From contig CAWGVG010000020.1 of the NCBI GenBank assembly GCA_963825865.1, forward strand, positions 1 to 20,522: DNA of 20,522 nucleotides. The letters run 5' to 3'. The position numbers and the translations under genes were made by a program. Positions within the stretch are counted from its first letter, which is position 1, and each line of letters opens with the position of its first letter. Source of the stretch: an uncultured Nitrososphaeraceae archaeon (GTDB lineage: Archaea; Thermoproteota; Nitrososphaeria; Nitrososphaerales; Nitrososphaeraceae). Under the pieces are notes generated by a model, which worked only from the letters and a program-made list of their open reading frames with translations, did not search any database and was not told the origin of the DNA. Shown in pieces: positions 19,951 to 20,522 of the stretch.

Positions 19951-20522
19951 AATAAAATACAACCGTAATAGCAATCAAGCTTATAATACAATTGCTTAAA
20001 ACATTTGACATACTACAATTTTATCTGAGAAGCAAGTTAGTATTAGAGTTAACTTTTAAGGTAATAATACTATGCATTAATTTTGGAGTCTAAGACATCA
20101 ACAAAAAAAGCCCTCGTAGTCTGTTTGTCAGGATGATTGTCATTGTTTAATTCAATACAGATTCAATGGCTAAACCATTAGAGCTTTTATTTATATTCTC
20201 AAACCAACTTCAAAAGCCATGAATATGCTGCTTCTGTATTCAGGTTCGCTATTTCATATTGATTTGAGACATATTTTTATGGCACTATCGATTATGATAA
20301 CACTTTGACTAATAATTAAAGCACTAATTAGACGCTTAACGTAATGACAACCTATGTCACGCTGTAAGTATACTAGAGTTTATTTTGATTTTAGAAAAAA
20401 AGGAATGATTCTTTTAGATGTCATGAAGAGCCTCTAGAAGGCAGTGAATTATACATATTCCATGATGACAAATACCACATCTCGAATGCAACAGAAGTGT
20501 TAGAAAAGATATTGGAAAAAGT

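Larger units (their letters stand above)
13395..20522. mobile_element. Putative tRNA-Val-integrated plasmid-like/cryptic element (right end not seen)
   Basis: tRNA with overlapping int(N), a wHTH protein divergent from a small ORF and primase-polymerase, and a cargo photolyase. I found no second direct att copy in the window. Confidence 0.6.

Noticed and set aside
20070-20300. Minus-strand gene remnant
   Set aside because: Interrupted by stops and not assignable to a family.

Overview
AT-rich archaeal window, most consistent with a soil ammonia-oxidising archaeon (Nitrososphaeraceae); this is inferred from gene families, Asn/Thr-rich linkers and the archaeal tRNA. Almost every gene carries single-base frameshifts, many in homopolymers, so an unpolished long-read assembly is likely and pseudogene calls are provisional. 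From 1-6.5 kb it is a patchwork of fragments: the degenerate end of a CRISPR array facing an N-truncated cas8 (Cst1/CxxC type), a broken LLM oxidoreductase, a DUF4331 fragment, a high-GC cNMP-thioredoxin-reductase-like gene and a terminase large subunit fragment. From 7.1-12.3 kb is a divergent redox locus: membrane proteins and a cupredoxin on one strand, a membrane domain-C2H2 zinc finger-NDH-2 fusion on the other. From 13.4 kb a putative integrated element starts at tRNA-Val(GAC). It carries an SSV-type split integrase N-fragment, a photolyase, a wHTH protein, a truncated primase-polymerase and an IS5-like IS. The most striking signal is a perfect 28-bp inverted copy of the target tRNA's 5' half embedded in frame in the integrase fragment, ending exactly at the anticodon loop.
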